Assembly: GCA_965233865.1 (NCBI GenBank)
Contig: OZ247587.1
Location: 512,001 to 576,000, forward strand
From: Candidatus Neptunichlamydia sp.
Lineage (GTDB): Bacteria > Chlamydiota > Chlamydiia > Chlamydiales > Simkaniaceae
Length of the DNA stretch: 64,000 nt
Reading direction: 5' to 3'
Shown here: positions 1-10,228 of the stretch, one piece after another
Layout: every line of letters begins with the position of its first letter
Numbering within the stretch: position 1 is the first letter of the stretch
The notes under the pieces: generated by a model
Seen by the model: the letters and a program-made list of their open reading frames with translations, nothing else
What the model was told of the DNA's origin: nothing
Database searches by the model: none
Translations under genes and position numbers: made by a program

Positions 1-333
1 AAAAATAATTTCGACGCATTTTATCCTTTCTTCATTATCATTGCCGTGTATCTGGTGACTTTCTTCAAAAAGCGCGCTAAAATGAAAAGAGATGCAGAAG
101 AGAAAAGAAGAGCGCCTCCAGTGCCCATTCGGAGAGGGGCTCCGCGCCGCGCGGCAACGCTTCCCACGCCGATTGCTACTGTTAAAATTATTAAGCCTAC
201 AGCTCAGAAAAAGGCGGCTCCTATTGCAAGAAATAGGCAGCCGCGTATTTTCAATCTTGTTCAAGGTCTAAAGTCTAAAAAAGAACTGATTCTTTTATCT
301 GAAATCCTTTCCATAAATTCCCGTGTAAAGTAA
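1..333 (+). CDS. hypothetical basic protein with N-terminal hydrophobic segment (5' truncated by window)
   Basis: Frame is open from base 1 (KNNFDAFYPFFIIIAVYLVTFFKKR...), so the start probably lies upstream; Pro/Lys/Arg-rich middle, ends LILLSEIL.. Confidence 0.55.
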   Translation, partial: KNNFDAFYPFFIIIAVYLVTFFKKRAKMKRDAEEKRRAPPVPIRRGAPRRAATLPTPIATVKIIKPTAQKKAAPIARNRQPRIFNLVQGLKSKKELILLSEILSINSRVK

Positions 334-360
334 ATTATTTCCTTTTCAATGCGAGGTTTT

Positions 361-1485
361 ATGACTGTTGAACTTTTAAAAAAAATTGTTGATGCTAGCT
401 ATCTTGATAATTGTTTTGAGTATGGAATCGGAAAAATTAAAAAAAGAGATGAGGCAGATTTTGAAGATACTCGTAAATACCATGGCTATCGGCCACTTCC
501 TTACAGTGATTCTCCCTACATTTTTAAACACTACCAATTTGCTAGGGTGAAGGAAACGAACGACTGGAGAAGGGCAACTGACCCTAGGAGTATTGGGAGG
601 CAATTAAGTATTTTAGCGCTTACAAACCCTGTTGTCTATCTTCTAACGACAGTTAAACGGGTTGCAGAAGCGGTTCTTATTTTTGCAGGCATTTTTTTTG
701 ATACATTTTCAGACCTTTATCCAGAAGAAAGAACTGACAACCTTACAAAAGCATTCATTATATCCTTAAATACCAACCTTAGAAAAAGGAAAAAGGAATA
801 TTCAGAGCTTTGGGATGCTGTAAAAAATGACTTTCATTGCGCTGCAGTGATGGAGCTTGCTGCGGCTCATGGCCTTTTAAATGCTAAGGACGCAACACGC
901 ATGCAATTCCTCTTTTCCGATAAAGAACGTCAGTGGAACAGATACAAGGAAGCTGAGGCTTTTAAGCACATAGAAGTTGATGAAACGCCTCTTTACGGTG
1001 TTTCCTTGTTCTTTTCACAGTCCTACAAGACGACGTCTCCGCTGCTTTGGATCTTCATGGTGAAAGAAGCTAAAAAAGATAGCTCTGAAGAACTTATAGA
1101 AGTGATTCTTGAGAGTAATGAGACTACATTGAGCTCAGATCTTGAAACAAGAAATCAACAGGTTATTGAATGGTTAGAAAATAATGTGGATTGCATAACT
1201 GAAGCACGAATTAAAAATAGCGATACTGTCTTATTAAATAATCTGATTGATGACTCTCTTAAATTCAAAACAATGGGTATTAAAGAGATTACTGGTTCCT
1301 CTCAATTAAAGCTTTTATTTTTAGCGAAGTCTTTTTTAAAAATAGCAAAAACTAATCATAGTGGGTTTATTCAATGTCAGTATGCATACCCTCTATCCAC
1401 AGAAAAAAAAGACAGGGTCGAAATAATGGAGCATACTATTGCTGACTCAATTAAGGAATCTTGGAATAAATTTACACCTGAGTAA
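361..1485 (+). CDS. hypothetical protein
   Basis: Long ORF; GAGG SD before ATG 361; one hydrophobic hairpin region; no recognised family. Confidence 0.65.
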   Translation: MTVELLKKIVDASYLDNCFEYGIGKIKKRDEADFEDTRKYHGYRPLPYSDSPYIFKHYQFARVKETNDWRRATDPRSIGRQLSILALTNPVVYLLTTVKRVAEAVLIFAGIFFDTFSDLYPEERTDNLTKAFIISLNTNLRKRKKEYSELWDAVKNDFHCAAVMELAAAHGLLNAKDATRMQFLFSDKERQWNRYKEAEAFKHIEVDETPLYGVSLFFSQSYKTTSPLLWIFMVKEAKKDSSEELIEVILESNETTLSSDLETRNQQVIEWLENNVDCITEARIKNSDTVLLNNLIDDSLKFKTMGIKEITGSSQLKLLFLAKSFLKIAKTNHSGFIQCQYAYPLSTEKKDRVEIMEHTIADSIKESWNKFTPE

Positions 1486-1488
1486 TAA

Positions 1489-1950
1489 CTACAAATCTTT
1501 GTCGCTGCCAAGCCAATCCAAGGTAGCGACAGTGCGTACTTCAAGCTGAGATTCAGCAATAAGGACTTGCTTTCCGCTAACTTCAATGAGATAAAGCATA
1601 GACTTGGGGCTTAGGGGGCGTTTCTCTAAGATCTTGACAGATTTGAGATAATTAAAGGTCTGGAGACGCCCGTTTGAGATTCTTTTGAACATCCAGACGG
1701 TTAGAATCACAAGGACAAGAAGCCCGACAAGGACAACGATTGTCTTAATGAAAGCTGTTTCATAAGATTCAGTGGTTTTGTGAACATCAGCTTCACGTTC
1801 AAGTTTCTTTTCTCCATGTTCAACCGTTTTTTGAATCTCATCCGTATGTTCCACTTGTGCTTTTTCAGTGGGAGGGGGGTACTTCTCTTTATCCTCACTG
1901 GCTAGGAGGGGAAGGAAAGTGAGAAGAAAAAAAAGTTTTAGTATTCGCAT
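1489..1950 (-). CDS. fliO: FliO-like export-apparatus accessory membrane protein
   Basis: Signal peptide, single TM, then VKILEKRPLSPKSMLYLIEVSGKQVLIAES typical of the FliO domain. Confidence 0.75.
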   Translation of the reverse strand: MRILKLFFLLTFLPLLASEDKEKYPPPTEKAQVEHTDEIQKTVEHGEKKLEREADVHKTTESYETAFIKTIVVLVGLLVLVILTVWMFKRISNGRLQTFNYLKSVKILEKRPLSPKSMLYLIEVSGKQVLIAESQLEVRTVATLDWLGSDKDL

Positions 1951-2154
1951 GAGACAACCATTATTTATTTATTTTTATTCTGAGGAGAATCATCTTTTTT
2001 GTCTATAAACCTGAGCTTTAGGTTTGTTTTGCTTAAATTTTCTCTTATTTTGGCGCAAGAAAGAGAACAATAGGCCCTTTTCAAGCCAAAAAGATCAGAA
2101 AGAAAGTAAAAAATCTCTGAGAAGGAGTGAAATAAACTCAAAACTCAGGTTACA

Positions 2155-3003
2155 ATGCTGAGTATGACTGGAACAATTGCACTAGACATTGATGGAACGA
2201 TAACCAGCCGGGATTATCTGATTCCTGATGAAGTAGCCCACTACTTTGAAACTCTTTACAAAGAGGGTTGGCGTTTTATCTTTGTCACGGGGCGCCCTCT
2301 TTCCTTTACGATGGTGACCCTTCCCAAGCTTTGCTTTCCGTACTTTTTAGGAGTGCAAAATGGTTCTGTTTTATTTGAGATGCCAGAGAAAAAAGAAATC
2401 GAGAGATATTATCTACCTCTTGAAATGGTCCATACCCTTGACAAACTTCATAAAAATGTCGAAGGGGATTTTCTTGTCTATTCAGGGTATGAGAAGGGGG
2501 ACATTTGCTATTTCCGTCCCGATTATTTTTCAGGCGAAATGCGAAACTATCTTAAGAAAATAGAGAAAGTTTCAGACGCGCCATGGATCCCTTTAAAAGA
2601 TTTTGATATCCAGGAGCAAAATACCTTTCCCCTGATTAAGTGCTTGGGCCTAAAAGAAGAAATGGAATCCTTTAATCAAAATCTTCAAAAGCTGGAGGGG
2701 ATTAAAACGACCCTGATCAAAGACCCCTTTTCTAAGAATCTCTACCTAATCTTGATTACACATTCTGAGGCAGATAAAGGAATTGCCATTCAAAAAATCA
2801 TCAAAAAATTTTCTCTTCCAGAGCCTTTGATTACCGGAGGAAACGATAACAATGACATCCCTCTTCTTCAGCATGGAGATCAGAGAATCTCAATTAAAGG
2901 AGCTCCAGAAGCACTCACAAAGCTTGCGACCGTTATTGCTCCTCCAAGTGAAGAATGTGGGATTATTGAGGGACTAAAAAAGGCAATGGAGAATTTATCA
3001 TGA
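2155..3003 (+). CDS. Cof-type HAD-IIB hydrolase
   Basis: DIDGT, TGR, DKG and GNDNND motifs. Confidence 0.9.
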   Translation: MLSMTGTIALDIDGTITSRDYLIPDEVAHYFETLYKEGWRFIFVTGRPLSFTMVTLPKLCFPYFLGVQNGSVLFEMPEKKEIERYYLPLEMVHTLDKLHKNVEGDFLVYSGYEKGDICYFRPDYFSGEMRNYLKKIEKVSDAPWIPLKDFDIQEQNTFPLIKCLGLKEEMESFNQNLQKLEGIKTTLIKDPFSKNLYLILITHSEADKGIAIQKIIKKFSLPEPLITGGNDNNDIPLLQHGDQRISIKGAPEALTKLATVIAPPSEECGIIEGLKKAMENLS

Positions 3004-4100
3004 CTGTTACTCAAGAAGGGCGTGACAGGCGACAGCTCGTTGATCTTGCCATTAGTGCTGCTCGCAAAGTAGAAAGCGCCCAAACAGGACTTGTTCACTA
3101 TCCGACGCGAGATACGATCCCTTTTTACCAAAATTTTTGCTTTTGCTTAGCTCTTTTTCGCTCGCTAGTTAGAGATAATGTCCAAGAAGCTAAAAAAAAA
3201 TTAACCCATCTCTTTTCCTTTATGGATGAAAGGGGGCTATTTCCCACCTATATGCACGAGTATCCAAAAGCGTGTTCTTATGCCCGTTCTTCTTTTCCCC
3301 TTAAATTGATCGAAAAGCACTTTGGCCATATTCTTGGGTGTGAAACTCGCACAAAACTGCAAGCAGTGGCTCCTATTCCTATGCCCCCAAAGGAAATTCT
3401 CTCCTCTAGAGATGCGGGAGCCGCTGCTCTGCATCTTAAAGATCTTACTCCTTTGACACCTTACTGGGATCCAGAGCTAAATATTTACAACGGCCCTCTA
3501 AACGATGAAAGACAAAATGAAGGGGAGATAGACCTCACCCTTTTTGACCTTTTTATGGGAAATTCTTCTCGCATCCTCAAGCCCCATCCGGTTCATATAG
3601 AGGCCGCTCTTGTATTTTCTCCAAAACCCATAGAGTTTTCAAATGCGCATCACCCAGTGCCGATTCCTCACGGAAAAGGGTATCACCTCTTGCGCAAAGT
3701 TTGGAACGAGGGAGACCATTTGCACACCTTCGTTTGCCAAGAAAAAAAAATAGCCTTTGATAGCGATATTTTGATCTATCCAAAAGAGATTCCCGATGAA
3801 AAAAATCGAACGGAGCTTTCCTTTTTTGTGAATTACCATCCTTCGAGTACGATCCTGGTTAATAAAGAAAAAGGAACCGTTTTTCGGCTAGGGGACATTC
3901 TTCAGATCGGAGACCGTTGGAACCTATCCTTTGAGAAAATCGATGGAGAAGGCGACCTTTTAGGGCATATCAGCCGTGGAAACCGCCCAGCGCAGCTTGA
4001 TACAGATATTACACATGCCCATGACTGGAAAATTTCAATTCGCACCCTAAGAAGGACCCCTAACCTTAAGATCCGTTTTAAGAATAATCTGATTATTTGA
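3000..4100 (+). CDS. hypothetical protein
   Basis: 366-aa ORF coupled to the HAD gene by an ATGA overlap. Confidence 0.7.
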   Translation: MTVTQEGRDRRQLVDLAISAARKVESAQTGLVHYPTRDTIPFYQNFCFCLALFRSLVRDNVQEAKKKLTHLFSFMDERGLFPTYMHEYPKACSYARSSFPLKLIEKHFGHILGCETRTKLQAVAPIPMPPKEILSSRDAGAAALHLKDLTPLTPYWDPELNIYNGPLNDERQNEGEIDLTLFDLFMGNSSRILKPHPVHIEAALVFSPKPIEFSNAHHPVPIPHGKGYHLLRKVWNEGDHLHTFVCQEKKIAFDSDILIYPKEIPDEKNRTELSFFVNYHPSSTILVNKEKGTVFRLGDILQIGDRWNLSFEKIDGEGDLLGHISRGNRPAQLDTDITHAHDWKISIRTLRRTPNLKIRFKNNLII

Positions 4101-4133
4101 GTTAAGCAAGCCACAGCAAAATCGAACGGATTT

Positions 4134-5045
4134 TTAAGTTAAGGCTGGTTCTTCAGCAGGTTTAAGTGCAGGACTATCAACAGCAACCCCCATTGCGTGC
4201 ATCCCATTGTCGACATATAGAGTCACACCAGTGATTGCCGAGGCTTTATCCGAAAGAAGAAATGAAGCGGCATTGCCAACTTCTTTCGATTGCAAGTCTT
4301 TTTGAAGCGGAGCATTATGATGAGCATACTCGATCATGGCGCCGATGAACCCAATAGCTCTTGCAGCGCGACTTCCCAGGGCGCCTGCAGAAATTGAATT
4401 GATTCGGATGTTCCATTTACGTCCAGCTTCAAAGGATAGCGTGCGTGTATCACTTTCTAGTGCTGCTTTTGCAGAACTCATACCACCCCCATATCCAGGA
4501 ACAGCTCTTTCTGAAGCAAGATAGGTAAGGTTAATCGCAGAACCTCCATTAGACATGATCGGCCCGAAGTATTTCACCATGCTTACAAATGAGTAAGCAG
4601 AGGCGCTGATTGCTGACAAATATCCTTGGCGCGTTGTTTCAAGAAGAGGCTTTTTGACCTCAGGTCCATTAGCAAGCGAATGGACAATCATGTCGATATT
4701 TCCGAAGTCTTTTTTAATCTGAGCCGCAACCTCAGAAACAGTATAGCCATCATATTGTTTGTAGCGTTTGTTTTCTTTGACCTCTTTAGGAACCTCATCA
4801 GGAGTGTCAAAGCTTGCATCGATAGGATAGAGTTTGAGGTATTTCATCATAGAGCCATCTGAAAGCTGCCTTGAAGCGTCAAACTTCCCAGCATCCCATG
4901 ATGTGGTAAAAATCTTAACAATGGGTGCCCAGGTTCCAATCAAAATCTCACAACCCGCATCCGCAAGTTGTTTAGCGATTGCCCAGCCATACCCTTGATC
5001 ATCACCAATTCCAGCAATAAAAGCCTTTTTACCTTTCAAACTCAT
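4134..5045 (-). CDS. fabI: enoyl-ACP reductase (plant/chlamydial type)
   Basis: [47 protein letters not shown] favours ATG 5045. Confidence 0.96.
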   Translation of the reverse strand: MSLKGKKAFIAGIGDDQGYGWAIAKQLADAGCEILIGTWAPIVKIFTTSWDAGKFDASRQLSDGSMMKYLKLYPIDASFDTPDEVPKEVKENKRYKQYDGYTVSEVAAQIKKDFGNIDMIVHSLANGPEVKKPLLETTRQGYLSAISASAYSFVSMVKYFGPIMSNGGSAINLTYLASERAVPGYGGGMSSAKAALESDTRTLSFEAGRKWNIRINSISAGALGSRAARAIGFIGAMIEYAHHNAPLQKDLQSKEVGNAASFLLSDKASAITGVTLYVDNGMHAMGVAVDSPALKPAEEPALT

Positions 5046-5073
5046 ACGTAACCTCATTCATTTCGTGAACTGG

Positions 5074-5102
5074 ATTCTAGCACACAAAATCTATCTTGAC
5101 AA
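5074..5102 (-). promoter_or_regulatory. sigma66/70-like promoter of fabI
   Basis: TTGTCA-N17-TAGAAT on minus strand. Confidence 0.6.
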
Positions 5103-5105
5103 TAC

Positions 5106-5387
5106 TTACGATCGACGGCTCCAACCTTCAGCGGTGAGAATACGGCCAACAGGAATAAGGATTTTAACACGCTTAACAGGTGCTGGGGGTTTCTTAGGAG
5201 TTGCAACAACTTTCTTTTTTAGAGGCATTTTCTTAAGTGCAGGCTTCTTAGTAATAACTTTCTTTCGAGTGACAACTTTTTTCTTAGAAACGGCTTTTTT
5301 CCGCGTAGGAGCCTTCTTCTTAGAAGTAGAAGCTGTTTTTTTTTCTTTTAATTTTTTTTTTGATAACCATGAGCATTTCAAAATCAA
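5106..5387 (-). CDS. small Lys-rich histone H1-like protein; likely start (ATG 5370) is out of frame across homopolymer runs
   Basis: K/R/T/A/V-rich repeats (KKKAPTRKKAVSKKKVVTRKK), C-terminal ILTAEGW. Confidence 0.6.
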   Translation of the reverse strand: MILKCSWLSKKKLKEKKTASTSKKKAPTRKKAVSKKKVVTRKKVITKKPALKKMPLKKKVVATPKKPPAPVKRVKILIPVGRILTAEGWSRRS

Positions 5388-5400
5388 TTTGATTGCATTA

Positions 5401-5429
5401 ATAATAAGTTAGTTCGTTATTAATCGCAA
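5401..5429 (-). promoter_or_regulatory. sigma66/70-like promoter of the Lys-rich gene
   Basis: TTGCGA-N17-TATTAT on minus strand. Confidence 0.55.
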
Positions 5430-5699
5430 GTTGTTAATTATTAAAAAATAATGATTACTTATTATGTTCGTGATTTCTTAAAGAGTCAATGCAAAGCCTG
5501 GAGTGAATAAGCGTTGAGTTGAACTCAAATCCAACGTATAGATTAGGCTCTGTCCCTAAAGATAAAAATTGATTAGACTTTCATAGAGCAAACCTAATCG
5601 AATTAATTACTTTCATTGGGAGTGACAGCATCAGGTGATAAAAACTTAAGCATTGCTTATAGATAAAGTGACTTAAATTAGTTATTGTCAGTACTCCCT

Positions 5700-6126
5700 G
5701 GAAATCCTATCTATTCCATATCACTTTAGCCATATTGGCCAAGGAGAAGCCCTTTTTAAGAGATGACTGCTGTAGTTTTTTGCTTGCTGATAGGAGGATA
5801 TGATAGTGATCCATTAGGAAAATCTTAGCAGAGAAAGGGATTACTCCAATAATTCCTGAGGGGAAAGTATTTCTTTCGCTTTATTAAGGGCCGTAGCGAG
5901 TCCTTGAAACCCATCGTATCTAGAGTTTTTATCTTAATGAAAAAAAACATAAACTTTCTGTAGTTATTCTTTTGTTCGCTTCTGTTATCAATGGGAGCAA
6001 GAAGAATATAAGCAACTTGTTCCTTTGTCCAATGTTTTTATCTTGTAAATCATCTCTGTTCTTAGGAGTATATTCGGGCACTAGTTTCCCCGTGACTTTG
6101 TTATAAGATTCTTTAAAAGCAGCCCA
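5700..6126 (-). pseudogene. probable degraded gene abutting the IS remnant; identity unknown
   Basis: Short coding-like stretches in shifting minus frames (WAAFKESYNKVTGKLVPEYTPK; HWTKEQVAYILLAPIDNRSE); boundaries approximate. Confidence 0.35.
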
Positions 6127-6683
6127 TGAGTTACGATTGCATCGCTGTCATAACCCCGATCTGCTAGTAGGTAATCGGCGTTAATTCCCTCTATTTAAGT
6201 GTTTGGCCTGAAGGTAGTCTGATTGAGTACCTGACGTAATAATCGCTCTGACCGGCATACCATGCGAATCCACGGCCAAATGTAATTTCGTGTTGAACCC
6301 CCTTTTGTTCGAGCCATATCTTGATTACCACCTTGTGCACCTGCTGCGTGAAAGTGAACTTTGATATGGGTTGCATCGATCATTAACCACTCGTAATCAG
6401 GATCGTCCACCACTTTTTCCAGAAGAAGTCCCCAGACACCTTTATTCTTCCAACGGATAAAACGACGATGCACATTTCCCCAGTTCTCATAGTCTGGAGG
6501 TAAGTCACGCTATGGAGCTCCGGTACGAATAATCCAAAAAACCGCGTTGATAAATCGCCGATTATCTTGTGCTACCCCTCCCCACACCCCTCTTCTTTCT
6601 GGAAGATAAGGCTCAAGTTTTTTCCAAATTCGACCTGACATATCGTGACGTCTGTGCGCTGGTACGGTCATCTCTAAACCTCT
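6127..6683 (-). mobile_element. truncated, inactivated IS5-family copy (same element as 12262-13106)
   Basis: Near-identical reverse complement of ~12317-12873; TGG>TAG stop at 6510-6512; both IRs and the 3' part missing. Confidence 0.92.
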
Positions 6684-7109
6684 TTCTAGTTATGGACTAG
6701 TTTCTTGTAGGAAGAAAAGATAGAATTTTCATTAGAGATTCCAATAATAAAATCTAACAATAGATTATGTTCAAGTTGATAGGTTTATGAGAGAAGAAAC
6801 ACCCCAGCTTTTTGACATGATCCAGCAGCAGCAAGGAGAGATTTCAGAACAGTGGATAAAAAAAACTATATGCTCTTGGGGGTAACCCATATATTTCTAG
6901 AAATAGAGCTCATACCTTGATTTTAAGAGCGATTAAATTCCTGGTTTAACCTCTCAGGAGTATTGACAGATTGAGCTACTTTTTTCCTCATGGAATAGGG
7001 ATGACACCACCTAAATTTTAAATTCTCAAGAGAGGAAAAGAATTAATGATTGCACTGGAGTGCTTGGGCATGTTAAAATTCCATTTTTTAGTTAGAAGGA
7101 GTATGGTCA

Positions 7110-8204
7110 ATGGAAATCAAACAAGAATTACTAGATATTGCTGGATATGAAAAGGTGATTAAAGTCACCGAGGAAAAGACAGGACTCATAGCGATCATTT
7201 CAATCCACAATACAACTCTAGGGCCTGGCCTTGGGGGAACGAGAATTTACCCTTATAATACGTTTGATGAAGCCCTTACTGATGCACTTCGCCTCTCTAA
7301 AGGAATGACTTATAAATCTGCAATTGCTCAAGTTGGTGTTGGGGGAGCTAAGAGCGTTATCATCTCCAATCAGAAAAACAAAACCCCTGAAAAGCTAAGA
7401 GCTTTTGGCGCAGCTGTTGATCAGTTGCAAGGGGACTATATCTGTGCAGAGGATATTGGATGTACCCCTGCCGATGTAGATGTGATCCTGGAGTCTACGA
7501 AATATGTTTGTGGTGTCCATAACTTAAGAGGAAGTGGAAATCCATCAGCTTTTACTGCTCATGGAACATACCTTGGGATTTTATCTGCTTTACAAGAACT
7601 TGATGGCAGTACTTCTCTAGAAGGAAAAACAGTTGGGATTCAGGGAATGGGAAGTGTCGGGAAGCGCCTCGCTGAGCGCCTTTTTTGGTCAGGAGCAAAA
7701 TTAATCATTTCAGACCTCAATGAAGATGTCATTCGTCATTTTGCTCATGAATTTGATGCACAGATCGTTCCTGCAGATGAAATTCTATTCGCAGAGTGTG
7801 ATGTTCTTGCCCCTTGCGCAATGGGGGGAATCATCCATAAGGATATGATTCTAAAACTCAACTGTCGAGCTATTGCAGGGGCTGCTAATAACCAGCTTCT
7901 TAAACCAACGGATGCAGATCACTTAATGGAAAAGGGTATTTTATATGCTCCTGACTTCGTGATTAATGCGGGTGGTTTGATCAATGTCATGAATGAGCTT
8001 CGTCTTGAAGGCTACAATGCAACACGTGCCCGCAACGGTATTAAGCAAGTCTATCATCAACTCCTTCAGATTTACGAAATTGCTCAGCAAAATGGAATCT
8101 CAACACATCAAGCAGCTGTTAGCCTAGCCGACCATCGCCTTGAAAAGAGAATTGGCAAAAGAACAGAAAAACTTTGCTTTCCTTTTGCGGAGTCTGCTAA
8201 GTAA
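7110..8204 (+). CDS. ldh: Leu/Phe/Val dehydrogenase (leucine dehydrogenase)
   Basis: LGPGLGGTR, GMTYK, GGAKSV, AEDIG, QGMGSVG, GAANNQL, PDFVINAGG. Confidence 0.93.
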   Translation: MEIKQELLDIAGYEKVIKVTEEKTGLIAIISIHNTTLGPGLGGTRIYPYNTFDEALTDALRLSKGMTYKSAIAQVGVGGAKSVIISNQKNKTPEKLRAFGAAVDQLQGDYICAEDIGCTPADVDVILESTKYVCGVHNLRGSGNPSAFTAHGTYLGILSALQELDGSTSLEGKTVGIQGMGSVGKRLAERLFWSGAKLIISDLNEDVIRHFAHEFDAQIVPADEILFAECDVLAPCAMGGIIHKDMILKLNCRAIAGAANNQLLKPTDADHLMEKGILYAPDFVINAGGLINVMNELRLEGYNATRARNGIKQVYHQLLQIYEIAQQNGISTHQAAVSLADHRLEKRIGKRTEKLCFPFAESAK

Positions 8205-8365
8205 AATTTTCAGCCGCCCACACAACCTAACAGAATCCCATTAGAGAAAACAAAGGGTAGTCTTCTTTTATAACGTCTGATAATTAATGTTATGTTAGAA
8301 ACAAGAGGTTGAGCGTCAGACAAGTCCGAAAAATTTCAGATAAGGATCTGTGTGCTGCATCTAAG

Positions 8366-8540
8366 ATTACTTATGCTTTAGTGGCAAAACGTTTTGGCGT
8401 AAGCATAAATAGTGTGTTTCTTTGGTCTAAGAGACTCTGGAGCCGAGGCGCACTAAAAGTAAGACCTGCAATAAAGATTGATAGAAAGGCAAGGAGGATC
8501 AAGGCTGCAGGCCATACGTTGGAATATCTTCATCCATGTG
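8366..8540 (+). mobile_element. IS630-family transposase scar
   Basis: HTH-like VAKRFGVSINSVFLWSK..RPAIKIDR joined directly to the C-terminal-like AAGHTLEYLHP; central DDE region absent. Confidence 0.6.
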
Positions 8541-8577
8541 GAATAGACGAACTTTTTAAGGAGTATATAACCTACTC

Positions 8578-9705
8578 TTAGCCTGGAGATCCGAGAGGAA
8601 TGCTCAGTGTCGGAGTTTCTTTCTCTTGCTGCTTTGCTTGGAGGTTATAGATCTGCTGTAAGAGAACAAAGGTTCTTTTCGAGTTGACATCACCATCATC
8701 AATATAAAACCAATTGCCGCGATAGGCTACCGCTAGGTAGGAGTTTGAGGGGTAATGAGGGCTCCATTTCACGTTGAATAAATCCCCTACAACGTCTCTC
8801 CAGTCAAAAAGAGTGCCATCAGAGTTTTGGGTCATTGCCACGGTTCCAGCCTCTACATCTCTTGAAGGAACACTAACTCCCAAGCTGAGGTAGTACATCG
8901 TACTTAAAAGAGAGCGAGTCATGATTCCGATTTCTGCTTCTTCGTTGAATGCTTGTCGCATGTTGAGGACGTATCGCCCTTTGGACTTTTTAATACCCTC
9001 TAAGAGATCAGCAAGGCGGTCAGAGCCTTCCCCATTCACAGGAAAGGAAATTTGGATGGCATTAGGTCTCTCTTTGCATGCGTTGTCTTCCGAAATATAC
9101 TTCTCTCCAGTGGGGATGTAGCGAACACCGATCTGAAGCTGTCCAAGAGCCTGAAAATGCCGAAGAAGATGAAGGCATTCGAAGAACTTTTTGTAGTGTG
9201 GCGGCTTCAAAGGAATAGGTCCTGAAGCTGAGCTAGCGTTTGAAATATCAGCCATCTGCTGAATCAAAAGACGAAAAACCCGATCAACATCCCAGCCGGT
9301 GAAGAGAAGGCCCTGAATGACGCGCAAGTCAAGGGGCTGCATTAGTTGTATGGCAAAATCCTTTCCTTCAAGAGGAGAATACTGGATTGTGGGTTGATTC
9401 GACCACCCCATTTCTGCACCAAAAGCAGCAGGGTTATTATTATCGAATCCGGGAATTTTGATCGATGGAAAGACCTTTCCAGAAAAATTAAACTGAGTTG
9501 TAATTCCATTGAGTTCTAAAAAATAAGGAGTATCAGAGTAGCGGAGGCGAACTAAATTAAGAAGAAGCTCTTGGTTTGTAGTGTTTTGTGCGGCAATGTT
9601 GTAGGACGTTCGTCCTCCACTCCCATACATTGAAGTGCGGCTAGAAACGTGGCAACCTGTAAGCAGTAGTGTGCTAAGAAGTAGACCAAAGATGATTTTT
9701 TTCAT
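8578..9705 (-). CDS. lipoprotein of unknown function
   Basis: Lipobox LLLTGC; LLLNLVRLRYSDTP and YRGNWFYIDD motifs. Confidence 0.8.
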   Translation of the reverse strand: MKKIIFGLLLSTLLLTGCHVSSRTSMYGSGGRTSYNIAAQNTTNQELLLNLVRLRYSDTPYFLELNGITTQFNFSGKVFPSIKIPGFDNNNPAAFGAEMGWSNQPTIQYSPLEGKDFAIQLMQPLDLRVIQGLLFTGWDVDRVFRLLIQQMADISNASSASGPIPLKPPHYKKFFECLHLLRHFQALGQLQIGVRYIPTGEKYISEDNACKERPNAIQISFPVNGEGSDRLADLLEGIKKSKGRYVLNMRQAFNEEAEIGIMTRSLLSTMYYLSLGVSVPSRDVEAGTVAMTQNSDGTLFDWRDVVGDLFNVKWSPHYPSNSYLAVAYRGNWFYIDDGDVNSKRTFVLLQQIYNLQAKQQEKETPTLSIPLGSPG

Positions 9706-9874
9706 TTGCGATAAGCTCCGAAACTTTATTAAAAAGTTATGATGTTAGCAAATAAAGTTTTTTTTTAAAATCAATATAAGTAAGAATTCAGTTTTAGGTA
9801 CACTGCCTATACAAGGAGCCGATGTTTCATCTGGAGTTCTGGGTGGTTCCAGCTCGAAATTTAGTTACTTAATT

Positions 9875-10228
9875 TTAATATGTTTTACGACTCCAGATGA
9901 AACGATTACTGAGAACTCCAGTGACCCAGATAATACTGCCTCCCCAAAGAGCCCCCCAAATGCTGGTGATATGGACTCCATAGGAGATCTCACTGGCCAA
10001 CCAGAAGGTGAAGGCATTGATAATGAGCAGAAAGAGACCTAAGGTGAAAATGGTAACAGGAAGGGTTAGGAGAGTCAGAATAGGCCGGACGCTAAAATTA
10101 ATCACGGCGAGTATGATACCGAAAAAGACAGCGTCTAATTCGTTTTCAACATGGAGGCCAGGCAAGAGATGGCCACAAAGAAGGACCACTATTGTCGTGA
10201 CAATGACTCGAATAATGAAGAGGATCAC
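9875..10228 (-). CDS. 4-TM phage-holin-family/YvlD-like membrane protein
   Basis: INFSVRPILTLLTLPVTIFTLGLFLLIINA signature; GTGA overlap with aconitase stop. Confidence 0.85.
   Translation of the reverse strand: MILFIIRVIVTTIVVLLCGHLLPGLHVENELDAVFFGIILAVINFSVRPILTLLTLPVTIFTLGLFLLIINAFTFWLASEISYGVHITSIWGALWGGSIIWVTGVLSNRFIWSRKTY

Noticed and set aside
1489..1950. FliO as evidence of flagella
   Set aside because: Isolated gene; chlamydiae retain flagellar-type export homologues without flagella
5065..5412. 115-aa Phe-rich plus-strand ORF
   Set aside because: Antisense shadow of the Lys-rich gene
9875..10228. Holin as a sign of prophage
   Set aside because: No other phage genes; the family is common in non-phage contexts
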